A DNA stretch of 64,000 bases from Azolla caroliniana (Eukaryota; Plantae; Polypodiophyta), in assembly GCA_043228905.1 (NCBI GenBank), contig JBHGNT010000031.1:272883-336882 (forward strand), given 5' to 3'. The notes beneath the pieces were generated by a model that saw only the letters and a program-made list of their open reading frames with translations, did no database searches and was not told where the DNA came from. Position numbers and translations under genes: made by a program. Positions 11,499 through 23,436 of this stretch are shown piece by piece; position 1 is the first letter of the stretch, and each line of letters opens with the position of its first letter.

Positions 11499-14231
11499 CG
11501 AGATGGGTCCGACGTTGTCGTGAAGAAAACCATCCACGAGCGGAATCGGTGCGCTGGAGCATAGGAACCGGCTCTTCATGCACGTACGCCTTACGTTGTA
11601 CATAGGAGAGAATTAGGGACATAGAAGATCCAGCAAGCCGGACTGAAGCTGGAATTCTGGGCTGAGGCATTGCAGACAGCAGTGTACCTGATAAATCTGG
11701 CGTCATCAAGAGCAATCAGGCTCGAAGTGCCACATGCACTATGGTCAAGCAAACAGCCAACCTACGATAGGCTCCGTATATTCGGATGTGAAGCCTACGC
11801 GTTCATCCCCAGGGACAAAAGGACGAATTTGGCACCCCATGCAACAAAGTGCATATTTCTCGGTTATGGAACCGATGGGGACTTCGGCTACCGGCTATGG
11901 GACCCTGAGAACCGGAAATTGATCTGGAGCAGCGACATAGTCTTCAATGAAGACTCTATCTTCTCTCAACGAAACCAACAAAAGATAGTTGGTAAGAAGG
12001 TATCCTTCGAAGATGACAGCACTGTCGTAGAAGGACCGACCCACCAGGCCGAATTGAAAACTCGACAAACAGTCGAACTCCAACAAGCTGACAACTTCCT
12101 TGCTGACACCGAATCAGCAACAAGTCCTATTGTCGAACTCAAAGACAAAGTCATCAAAGACACAGCCGAATCGACAAGGATCAATAAAGGCAAAGTCACC
12201 AAGAGACAACTCAGAAAAGAGTCGACGACAACCACAAGGGAGGATAACCGGACACCGTCGAATTCCCAATCTAGGGGCGGGACACCTAACAAGACTCCTG
12301 ATACAAATGGTTCAACTAATACCGATCGACCAACAGAGCTGATCGAAGGATCCGAACCAAACATCTCAGCACCCATGAGATCTAGACGAGCTCGAAGGCA
12401 AACAGAGTTCTACCAACCGGGCCTCGACTACGTCAACTACACGGATGCAGGTGAACCAAGTAGCTATGAAAAAGCTATGGCCACACCGGATGCCGAAACA
12501 TGGCTACAAACCATGAAATCCGAAATGGACTCGATTCATCAGAATCAGACATGGGAGTTGCTCGAACTACCAGCTGGGAGGAAGCCGCTACCTTGCAAAT
12601 GGGTTTTCCGATACAAGTATGTATCTGACTCAGAGAAACCCAAGTACAAAGCTTGGCTTGTCGTGAAAGGATTCAAACAGGAATACGAGGTCGACTACGA
12701 CAGATATTCTCACCAGTAGTCAAGATGACCACCCTCTGACTCCTACTAAGAGTCGTGGTGACAAAAGATCTAGAGCTCGAGCAGATGGACGTAAAGACGG
12801 CATTCCTACACAGAGATTTGGAAGAAGACATATACATGTCTCAACTGGTAGGCTTCACGGTGACGAGGGAGGATAGTCACCTCATATGTCGACTAAAGAA
12901 AAGTCTATATGGCCTAAAACAAGCGCCGAGAATGCGGTACTAGAAGTTTGACTCCTACATACAACAACTTGGATACAACCGTTCAGACTCCGACCCATGC
13001 ATGTATGTTCGGCAATTGGACGATGATTCCAGGATCTATCTGATCCTATACGTCGACTACGTGTTGATTGTAGGAAGCAATCAAGCAGAGATCGGTAAGC
13101 TGAAACGGAGCCTTCACGCAAAGTTCGCAATGAAGGAACTCGGACAAGCCTGACACATGTTGGGCATGAGGATAGAGCGAAATCAAATGACCAATCCTCT
13201 CCGACTCTCCTAGTCTGGATACATCCGCAAGGTGCTGAAGCGCTTCAACATGGAGAATGTGAAGCCAGCACCGACACCGCTTCCGACGTCGATCGGACTA
13301 TCGAACAGAGACTCTCCTTCGACAGACAAAGAGAGAGAGCTTAATGGAAAGATACCCTACGCATCGGCAGTAGGAAGTATCATGTTCGCAATGGTGGTGA
13401 CCCAACCCGACCTAGCCTATGTCGTAGGGGTGGTCAGTCGATACATGTCAAACCCAAGAAAGAAGCATTGGGAGGCCGTTAAGCACATCCTTAGGTATGT
13501 GAAAGGAACCTTGGATGCACAGCTGACTTTCGGGCTGACAACCTTAGCGAAGATGAAGGCTACACCAATTCCGACAATGCTGGAAATGCAGATAATCAGA
13601 AATCGACATCAGGCTACATCTTCACCTATGGTGGCAGGGCGATGTCATGGAGGTCAAAACTTCAAGAGTGCACGGCTTTTTCTACCACATAAATCGAGTA
13701 CATAGTAGCATCGGAAGCAGCGAAGGAAGGGATCTGGCTACACCGACTGACTGCCGACTTCGGAACTGCAAGCCGAAACGACCGACCAGCGTTGACCATT
13801 TATTGTGACTCACTGAGCGCAATACACCTCATCAACAATCCCGTCTATCATGCGAAGACGAAGCACGTTGAGGTGCGGTATCATCACATCCAGGAGCTCG
13901 TAAACGAAAAGAAACTCGAAGTCCGGAAGATCGACATCGAGGTGAACATCGTCAATTGCCTAAGGAAGTCACTCCCAGATCTATGCTTCGGAGCACTAAG
14001 GACGAAAATGGGGCTATGACAAGCGACCGAGCAGAAGACAGCCAAACGAGGAGCAGAAGGTAAGATCTTATCGGAACAATAACGACACATCCTATAAATC
14101 TACCGACTCGGCTGCATGCCGACCAACTTGTAACATATAAACTTAGATCAACTTTGTAATCTAGGCTTACGGGGGAGATAACCCCAAATACTTGTACATG
14201 CAAGAAAGAGTAGTCCTTTTACAGGGGAGTT

Positions 14232-14536
14232 TGTTGGCATAAAAGGCCGGCTCCTTCCAAGTTGTATCCATTCGAGTATGAATTCGTCAATAAGTTAGGG
14301 CTTAGTATATAAGTGAATACCTAACATTGTATAGAGTGATGAGTGAAAGAGAGACGAAGAGTCTGTATATTGTATCTCTGAGAGAGAGAGAGAGTGAGAA
14401 CGAAGCAATAAAGCTTTCCATTAGAGCTTGCACTGTGTAAGTCTATGCCTATTCTATTTTTCTATCTGTGTTGTTTGATGTTCATAACCGACAATAGATC
14501 CATATACGTTTCCGCAAATCACACTTGTTCCCAACA
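14232..14536 (+). repeat. 3' LTR of the decayed Copia (305 bp)
   Basis: TGTTGG...CCAACA directly after the PPT; contains TATATAA and a (GA)n tract; matches 1-124. Confidence 0.9.
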
Positions 14537-14972
14537 TCTGGAAGAGCTTACGAAGTTGGTGCACGACCTTTAGATTGCTCAATCTCGGAGGGATGGCGGA
14601 GGTCAATCATGCAACCGACACCCGCCAACTGACCCTCGGTGCATGTGGTGCGACGACATCGACCACATACAGAGAGACTGCATCAACTTCACCAACACGC
14701 TAAAGAACAATGTGGTGTACCTTTGGAACAGTCAAGTACACGCGAGCGACACGTGAAGGCCCCTCGAGATGAACACTGGACGAAGTGGCATGAAAAGACT
14801 GATGAAGGAAGTTGTAGCGCAACACGCAGAGATCGTTCACTACTCAGCAACGGCAAGGATCCGCATAGGGGGAGAGAAGGGCACCGGCTCCGGATTTTGG
14901 CCGGTGGTGCTTGAAAGATTATCTAGAAAGAAGTTAAAGAAGGAGGGGTCACCGACAAGCAAGAGTGCATGA
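14537..14972 (+). mobile_element. Older Gypsy gag fragment into which the Copia inserted
   Basis: Reads LEELTKLVHDL*IAQ...RCMWCDDIDHIQRDC (CCHC knuckle) and starts abruptly at the Copia LTR end. Confidence 0.7.
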
Positions 14973-15149
14973 ATGTTCTCTTTTAATTGAATTCACTTAT
15001 CTATCAACCAAATTCATGCCATTAAAGCAAGAAAAAGAGAGGTTACTTGGGATGTACAACAACTAAGTGCCCAAAAGGTACAACAATATGATGATCGAAA
15101 TGTGTTTTGTTCCTTGAACCAACTATGATGTTATCTTTGTGCAACAAGA

Positions 15150-15320
15150 TTCGAGTTTCCAAAGTCCCCTACAAGGAACCAAAGAGTTGATGGTACTTGA
15201 TCTCATTTCCGAGTATTTGTTTCTAGATGCATCCCAATTAATATCCGAAGGATATAGCTAGACTTGGGTTGGTAGGAACACCACTATCAGATACAACACT
15301 TGTATGGTTTGTAGCATAAG
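15150..15320 (+). mobile_element. Highly degenerate Gypsy gag remnant
   Basis: YPKDIARLGLVGTPLSDTTLVWFVA resembles YANDFSRVGLISTLLSRLPQAWFAP in the gag at ~39050-39120. Confidence 0.45.
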
Positions 15321-16232
15321 GTAAAAAGAACGTTTCATTACTAGAGAAAAGGAGATCACCTTGCCTAAGCTTATGCAATAGATTTTTAACTCCTTGCATC
15401 TTAGACTCCTTGGGATGTAGAGGAATTAAGGGATCAATTCCAATGAAATGATGTGAAACGTAAAAATAAATAGTCCACACTGATTTAGAAGAAAAAATAA
15501 CAAAGTACTAATGATACTGTTACGGGCATGACCATATAATATCCCGTGGTGAGAATTGTCGTAGTATTCTATACACGTGGATAAGTGTGAGGGTTAAACA
15601 AAGAGTCTAAAGAAGGGGAGGATTACTTTTAATCCTCGGGATTGAGACAACCCATGAGGCCAAGTGTGAACATGGCAGGGGGCCTTGAGAATTACTATAA
15701 ATAAGAGGCCTAGCTACCCTTATTTCATCATGCATTGACTACGTCGAGACTCTGTCCGTGAGTGGAACGACTCTTGTAGCAAGCGCGCTATCATCCAGGT
15801 ACGACTCGACGCCAAGGCGGTGGTATGGGACGCCGATCGAGGCTCGAGTCCGTCTCGATCCCTTCGCTCGGGGGTGGTCGGGTGGATCGGCACCCTTCTT
15901 TCTCTCTTTTCTCTCTATTCTTTCTAGATCTATCATTGATATATCCTTATTTTATGCTTACTTTAGTACCTAATCTCTAATATTTGGTATCGGAGCCTAT
16001 GTACTAACGTTTCTTTTGGTTTTCTTTTTGTCTTCGCGTGGGATGGCGATTGATCGTTGTGCGGTCGCCTTCATGCAGACAAGGATTAGCGAAAGAACTT
16101 CGGTAAATTTTCCTTAATTTTTTATCTAATTTTTCTTCTCCCTTCTATACATGTGTATACTTAATATGTAGTTTTTTTTCATATATTCAATGATGTTGAT
16201 GTGGTATTTAATTGGTTATCTTAAACGTTTAC

Positions 16233-16500
16233 ATATGTCCACGAGGTCAATACCTCGTTTGACATATAAATCATATGTGATGAGTGTCGTATGCGTACGA
16301 GGTTACTACCTCAATTGCGTATTACGTTCACGAACATATGTTACGTTCGCGTACGAGGTCAATACCTCGATTCGTTCGAAATGATATGCGTTGGATTTAC
16401 TATGCGTAAGAGGTCAATACCTCAATTGCGAATTACGCTTAACCTTATTTTCGGATGTTTCGTGTGCGTAGAGGTATATGCCTCGATTACGTATCCCGAA
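16233..16500 (+). repeat. Array of five stem-loop repeats in the retrotransposon leader
   Basis: GAGGT-N4-RCCTC cores at 16243, 16299, 16355, 16410 and 16471, spaced 56, 56, 55 and 61 bp apart. Confidence 0.85.
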
Positions 16501-17679
16501 TACATCATTGTTGGCTATATAAAAAAAACGATTCATTTAGTATACGCATATGTGGTCACTTATATACGTCTCTGATCGTATATATGTGATATATTGACAT
16601 ATGTGTATATTTTAGATTACGTGATTCATATCAAATGTTTTCCTAATTGGGGAGAGGATTTTGGTGGCCGTCCTCACATTTTTGTGAGAATGGCGTTGTC
16701 ACCATCCCTTTTATCAACAATTTTTATTGTTGAAATTCCCGTTGGTCACTTTGATCTTTCGTTACGTAACGAACCTCGTATAGCCAAAATGATGTTGAAT
16801 ACGTCGGGCTTGATCCACATCAAGTAGGGTCGCTCTAATGACACACGTATCCAACATCTCCCCTCGTTACATGGATACGATGCCACCATGAGCTCGTTCT
16901 TACGAGTGGCATTCGTAATGACGTGACCATGTGATGGGCCACATGAGCCTACGAAGACACAAGGGCTCATTCGGCTTGACCATTAGGTTACACTTTGGCA
17001 TATGCCATTGTACTTACGAGGCTTGAGGGTAGGTAGCGTACCACCATAGTGGGTAATAAATGAGGGAGAAATAAGGCCACTTGACCTATATGTTTCTTTT
17101 AAAAAAAACATATAGGGGCAAATGCCTCGCATATCTCGAATACGCCTCAAACATTAAACATTCAAGACGCGCAATCTACTTTGTTGGCTCAAGTGTTTAA
17201 TGTATTTGTCCTCGAGGTCTCGAGTTCAAATATGACCAACACCATACAACATCGTTGATACATATGACTATAATACATGTTTAGACTTTAGGTCTAAGTG
17301 CACTTCGGGGTCCTCGTAATAGGACTTAAAGAGCCGAAACCACATATGTGGGCACAGAAACATAGTTATTGTTAACATTTTTTTCGTGTATAAACTATTC
17401 ATGACGCGAACATACATGGTTGAGCCTCGGGGAGCCGCCATGAAAAAAATCGATATAGAGATCAGGTAAAGGCATTCATTTGTCACCCCCATGGTTTTTA
17501 AAACACCTCTGTGTTACCATAGTAACCTGATCTTGAACCTCATCTCATACGTCTAGAGGGGTATTGACGTGAGATCATGATATCGATTAATGTTTGCCCA
17601 TGATATGTTTACACCATGACAAGATGTTATGACTATTTGTCTGACCTTATCTTATTTCTTTGCCAGAAATAATCATTCA

Positions 17680-19835
17680 ATGGCTCAGAATAACGACCCG
17701 ATGCCCTCCGCTCAAGCGGAAAGACCTCAAGGAAATCCTCCAGGGACAATGTCCATTAAGGCGTATATTTTACAAGTACAACATTTCCTTAGTTCAACCG
17801 CGCAGCAGTTGACCGAATTTCGGCAATCTCAAAGTGCTCTCGAGGCACGAGTCATTAGTCTCCAAAATGAGATTAATAGACCTGATGAGCGTCAGGGTGA
17901 ACCATCATTTGTCGTAAAGCCATTTACGGGAGATAAAAAGGAAAGAACCGAAGAAGCAATCTGCACGTGGCTGGGCCGATGGGAGTCTCATTTTGAGCTC
18001 TATCCCACGCCAGATAGTACGAAGATTGCATATGTCGGCCGAGAACTAGGGGGTAAGGCCGCCGCTTGGTGGCGTGGGCTCCGAACTTTGGGGAGATTGC
18101 CCGAGACTGGACAGACTTTGTCACAGTTTTCAAGGGTCAATTTCTACAACCTCCCTCTCGAACCGAGGCAGCACAAGCTTTAATGAACCTCTCTAGCAGG
18201 AAGTTTTCCTCGCTAGAAGACTATGTCCACCATGCTAGAACCCAAATCCAAAAAACGCGTCTAGAAGGGGACAATTGGTTAATAGCTTGTTTTGTCAATG
18301 GCATCCCCAATTCGGACTATCACTGGATAGTGCACGATAAGGATCCAAAATCCTTCGAAGAGGCCGTTGAGATAGTTCTTCGCTATCAACGCACTTCGAA
18401 GAAGGACCATAACAAACCCAACGAAGCGCCCGGGACTAAGCAGTCGCAATTCGTTGGGAAACGCAAGACACCCAACGAATTCATGGATCGCGATTATAAG
18501 CGACAACATCCTTTTTGCGTATTCTGCAAAAAGAAGGGTCATACAAAAGAGCAATGTCGTAAGCTCCAACGAAAAGAGCACGACGCCAAACCTAAAGCTA
18601 CAGACCATAAAGGTCAGATTCCTAATGTCCTTCAGGTCTATACACATCATTTGAGTAATTGTCAATGTTCTTTCCCTCATTATGTATTGGGTCCCAATGA
18701 TTTACTACGTGCAAACGGGTATATCAATGGATCTCCCGTACAATTTTTATTTGATTCGGGAAGCTCACACAATTTTGTGAATGATCGTTTGGTACAGATA
18801 TGGGGAATCCAACCCACCGTAAGTGATCACACCTACACAGTGCACTTGGCTGATGGAAGAGTACAACACATCAACGGGGCGATTCATTCTTTAGGAATTT
18901 CTATTGATACCTATATAGAGGAAGTAGACTTCCATGTAATGAATCTTAGTACCACCGATGTAATACTGGGTTATCCCTGGTTTTATAATAAAAGCTCTTC
19001 TTTATTTATTGATTGGGTTCGCCATTCCATTTCTTTTGTACTCAACGATTGTACGCATTTTATTCAATGTGTAAAAAAACAATCCCTCTCGATTGTTTCC
19101 TCGTGTCCATCAATATCCAAGTTGTCTTGTTCTACGTTATTTTATTGTGTACTTGATCCGGACATTCACGTTTACAATATCGATAATGTCTCGGGTCAAT
19201 TAACATATTTTGAACAAAAACAACTTGATGAAATCGTAAACGATTTTCGTGATGTTTTTCCGAGTGAACTACCCGATGGTTTACCTCCTAAACGTAATAT
19301 AGACCATCGTATAGATATTGTACCTGGCATTGCACCCATTAGTATACCTCCGTATCGCCTAAGTCGATCTGAAGAGGATGAGGTAGCTAAGCAACTTAAG
19401 GACTATTTACGAATGGGTTATATACGTTATAGTAAATCTCCATGGGGTGCACCAGTTCTCTTGGTTAAAAAGAAAGAGGGCACATGGCGTATGTGTATTA
19501 ATTACCGACGCTTGAATAAAGTGACGATCAAGAATTCGTACCCATTGCCCCGGGCTGACGATCTAATTGACCGTCTCCAGGGAGCTCGGTATTTTACGAA
19601 ACTTGATCTCCGTACTGGCTACCATCAAATACGAATAAGTGAGGACGATGTTCCTAAAACAGCATTTCGTACGCGCTACGGCCATTATGAGTTTTTGGTT
19701 ATGCCTTTTGGTTTGACCAATGCTCCGGCTACATTTCAACAAGAAATGAATGACATTTTCCGAGAACAACTTGGAAAATTTGTCGTTATCTTCTTAGATG
19801 ATATTTTAGTTTATAGCCGTACATTACGGGCATGA
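17680..19835 (+). pseudogene. gag-protease-RT of the chromovirus; 1-nt frameshift in gag (~18103) and RT truncated
   Basis: Gag MAQNNDP...KAAAWW; knuckle [14 protein letters not shown]; protease [10 protein letters not shown]; [40 protein letters not shown] and [13 protein letters not shown], immediately followed by LTR. Confidence 0.92.
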
Positions 19836-20976
19836 CCATATAATATCCCGTGGTGAGAATTGTCGTAGTATTCTATACACGTGGATAAGTGTGAGGGTTA
19901 AACAAAGAGTCTAAAGAAGGGGAGGATTACTTTTAATCCTCGGGATTGAGACAACCCATGAGGCCAAGTGTGAACATGGCAGGGGGCCTTGAGAATTACT
20001 ATAAATAAGAGGCCTAGCTACCCTTATTTCATCATGCATTGACTACGTCGAGACTCTGTCCGTGAGTGGAACGACTCTTGTAGCAAGCGCGCTATCATCC
20101 AGGTACGACTCGACGCCAAGGCGGTGGTATGGGACGCCGATCGAGGCTCGAGTCCGTCTCGATCCCTTCGCTCGGGGGTGGTCGGGTGGATCGGCACCCT
20201 TCTTTCTCTCTTTTCTCTCTATTCTTTCTAGATCTATCATTGATATATCCTTATTTTATGCTTACTTTAGTACCTAATCTCTAATAGATACCATGATCTC
20301 AATTCCCCAATTAAATCTAGTCATCCTTTTAGCCCTGGTAGCAATACACCATTTGATCATTTTGAAGTCATGTGCCAATTATACAATTTATTAAACGTGT
20401 GAGTCCAACCAAAATCAATGCCATTTGGTTGGACAATCTAGATTACATTAAGCTTGCCTCTATTATTGGTTCCATTTCATCGAATTAAGTTAGCAAAGTT
20501 TTTTTGATATGAGTCGCATAGTATATTTGGGCAGTGGTCAAGCCCTTGGTTTCGCTCTCCTAGATTGTTGTGTGGAATGCGATTATTTGTGTTTCCTTTG
20601 AATCCAACTTGGTCATCATGTTGTTTTTCTCTTGGAACAATATATCGGTCCTATATTGCCAAACAACCACCTTAATTTCTAACACTTAAGCACCACAATG
20701 ACATTATAAATTGGGAGATAAATATAAAGAAGTTGAAGTGTAGAGTCAAAAGCATACATTTGTTCTCAAAATATCGAGAATCTTTTTATTGGAATTCTTT
20801 TTAGTATGGGTTTCCATGATCCCTTCAAAGGTGTCTATTTTAATGTCATGCATATCAATGGTGTACAATGACCAAGATGCATATATTTCAATACAATTTC
20901 CTTCTCAATTTGAGAAAGGGACTAAAAGGATATGTCTAAATGAAGTATTGAATGTTGAATTTAAATCCCACACAGT

Positions 20977-23391
20977 TCATGTAGCTATGCATGTTGGGTT
21001 GCATGGATATGCACAATCAATCTCTTGAACCAAGTTTCCTTCGAAGTACCAAGAAAGGAATGCTTGTGCAATATTCTACGAAGCACAAAGCAAAGCAAAC
21101 AACTTTTGTCACAAGTGTTGGTGAACATCTAGCACTTCACAATATTCATTAGGCATCCAAAGCAACATTTTAGGACAATCTTTTTGGGCATATGATTAAA
21201 TATCGCTATACAATGGATACATGATTAAATGAGCAAAAATTCAATAACTTGTAAGTCTCCTCATCACTTGATTAAAGGACAATCTAGTGTCCTCATCATT
21301 TGATTGGATGGTGTATCCAAATTTTAAAACATTTTTATTTTTATTTTTTTCCAAAAAAAACACTACTTTGCATTAGTTAGCAAATTTTGATTGGATGGTA
21401 TATCCAAATTTTAAAACAATTTTTATTCACTAAGCATTGATATTTTCATGGATGCATGTGTGGACACATCTATGTGAGTAAAACTAAATGCGATCGTACC
21501 ACTTGATGCTACGTAAACGACTACAATAAATGCATGTAGAATTAAAAACTGCATACCGTTCCATTAATTTGTGTTAGACCATTCCAAAGGTTTCCGTCAA
21601 TAGCTTGTGTGTGATAATAACATGATACTATATACATCCCCCAACTTTTGGATCCTATCAATGGTTGAAGAGCTGATAACATTTTCCCCCGCAATTGATC
21701 TAAAGTCAAAGAAAAAATTGTAGTTGAAGAAATGTGCCTGCCATTAGCAAGCATTAAAACATTTAACCATAATTAACTCCATCTAGAATTAATGAAGCTT
21801 GGATTGTTTAAAACACATCTATAAATCTCAATGAACAATGTTCATAATGCCCATGGATAAATGGGATCATTTAACAAGTTCTTTAGAATGACAAATAAAT
21901 TTTTGAATGAGACACCTTGTCACACAATGATAACACAAGTTTTCACATCATTCCAACACATAATTATTGTAGCCAATATTACTTGTTGACCTTCGATAAT
22001 GGATAATTGATCAGTAGAACATGACGATAACGCTTGTCTACATGAATCCCATGATCCATTTATGTATGACCCTGGTGGTGCTAGAATGTATTGCACCTTA
22101 TTGAAAGAGAAATAAATTTTAGAGATTGGATCCAACCTCATAAAATTGACATGTAATGCTTCAAAATTTACCTGAAATGTGTCGTATGGTGATTGCACAA
22201 AGAAGAAGGGAATGTTAACAAATCCAAGGTTGTTATGAGGAAAGAGGCACTATTGGCAAACAAGTCATTGAACGTTAGGAGAAATAATGTAAAGGTTACA
22301 ATGTTAGACTTGAAATCAAAGGTTATATCATTAGATATGATCACCTCACCAAGCGACTTTTGTGAAGTACATTCGCTTGGAAGGGATATGTTCTACAACT
22401 CATATAATGAAAAGATAATAGTAAAATCTCAAGTCAAATAGAAACAATCCACGTGTAGTGAAACTATAAGAGGAAAATAGGTTAGTCTTTTACTTACATG
22501 TAATTGCACAACACTTTGAAAGAATTCTCTAAATGAGTATACTCCTCCTATGTTCGGACTGAATTTTCACACAATAAGTTTGACATTTTCATGACAATAA
22601 AAAAGGTACACACACTACATAATACAATGTTTTTTTGTACATAGAGAACATGTAGAAAGCTCTCACAAATATAAATATGTGTGAGAATTCAAATTTTCGT
22701 GACTATTATAATTCACATGGTACACGGGTAGGTAAGATCAATAAGAGTTCCAAAGGCTCTAAGTTTACATGTCCATGAAGAAACTGCCATCTGAAAGGCA
22801 TCTCACATCTGTGGTTGGTGATAATTTACCACGGAATCTATTGCATAGGAAAAATGTTGCTAAACCCCCTGCTGAACCTCCTGACAATATTGCCTTTACA
22901 CCAACATGACAAAGGTCATACGGTTAACTAAAAGATAAATCATGGCACTCTATTTATGTTTAGTTATTCATTGACAATGTCAAAACTTATTCATCAAATA
23001 TATTTAATTCATATACCTTTTGTGCCATTCCCAAGCCTTTGCTTAATAGATCATCGATTATAGACTCCCAAACTATTTGTCCACGGAAGTAAAGTGTGGT
23101 TATCTATATGAATGAGCATAACATGTCTATGATGTATATATTTGTTGGCACCATGAAATATATTTAATGGTATAAAGTTGGTAAAACATGACAAAAAAAA
23201 AGATTTGATAATCCCAATTAGATACTTGTGTTACGTGTACATGATTTTCTAAAATAGTTGAATTTTCAAACTACAGCAATTCAGCTAGGCTAATTCATCA
23301 AGAAGTTGTCATACAAGTCCCATGTATCCTAAACATCAAGCGTGATGAGGACAATTATTTATTGGAAATGTATGATGGGTATGGTTACTAG

Positions 23392-23436
<45 letters not shown>

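Larger units (their letters stand above)
4654..11628 (+). mobile_element. LTR-less internal segment of a non-chromovirus Gypsy (Athila-like): pol plus an additional 3' ORF
   Basis: Domain order RT-RH-INT is the Gypsy order. Integrase tail GKLRFRWTGPY...KVNGFRLKPY and the absence of a chromodomain are Athila-like. No LTR, PBS or TSD is visible, so the boundaries are approximate. Confidence 0.8.
1..14536 (+). mobile_element. Decayed Ty1/Copia LTR retrotransposon hosting three nested insertions; 5' LTR cut by the window edge
   Basis: 5' LTR ends ...ttcccaaca at 124, followed by a degenerate tRNA-Met PBS (tgctatcagagc, 127-138). Gag starts ~224 (MASTSGTRVEIKKFDGKNFALWK) and runs across the 576-1229 insert. 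Also seen: zinc knuckle CRKVGHNVSDC ~1615, protease WLLDSGATFHVTP ~1828, LWHGRLGH...CEHC ~2213-2322, integrase 4323-4653 (LELVH, LRSDNGGEY) resuming ~11629 (FWAEALQTAVYLIN), RT ~12450-13200 and RNase H to 14019. PPT aggggag at 14223-14229, 3' LTR 14232-14536. The two LTRs differ at about 14 of 124 comparable bases. Many stops and frameshifts. Confidence 0.93.
15518..20286 (+). mobile_element. Young chromovirus-type Gypsy with an internal deletion (no RNase H, integrase or PPT)
   Basis: 5' LTR 15518-15982 and 3' LTR 19824-20286, with no differences seen by eye. TSD GATAC at 15513-15517 and 20287-20291. PBS tggtatcggagcc at 15985-15997, then a ~1.7 kb leader and gag-PR-RT. Confidence 0.95.

Noticed and set aside
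16233-16500. CRISPR array
   Set aside because: Eukaryotic retroelement leader, degenerate repeats, no cas genes; reported as a stem-loop array instead.
17185-17231. tRNA-like A/B boxes (similar GGTTCAA motifs at ~4199, ~28186 and ~39738)
   Set aside because: No cloverleaf can be built; at most these are tRNA- or SINE-derived scraps.
18060-18183. Programmed frameshift in the chromovirus gag
   Set aside because: It lies mid-gag with no slippery heptamer; a 1-nt deletion is simpler.
15739-20277. Duplicated 65-aa and 71-aa ORFs
   Set aside because: They lie inside the two LTRs and show no protein motifs.
20390-20500. Inverted similarity to ~47305-47440
   Set aside because: Short, diverged and 27 kb apart; most likely two copies of an old dispersed repeat rather than TIRs.
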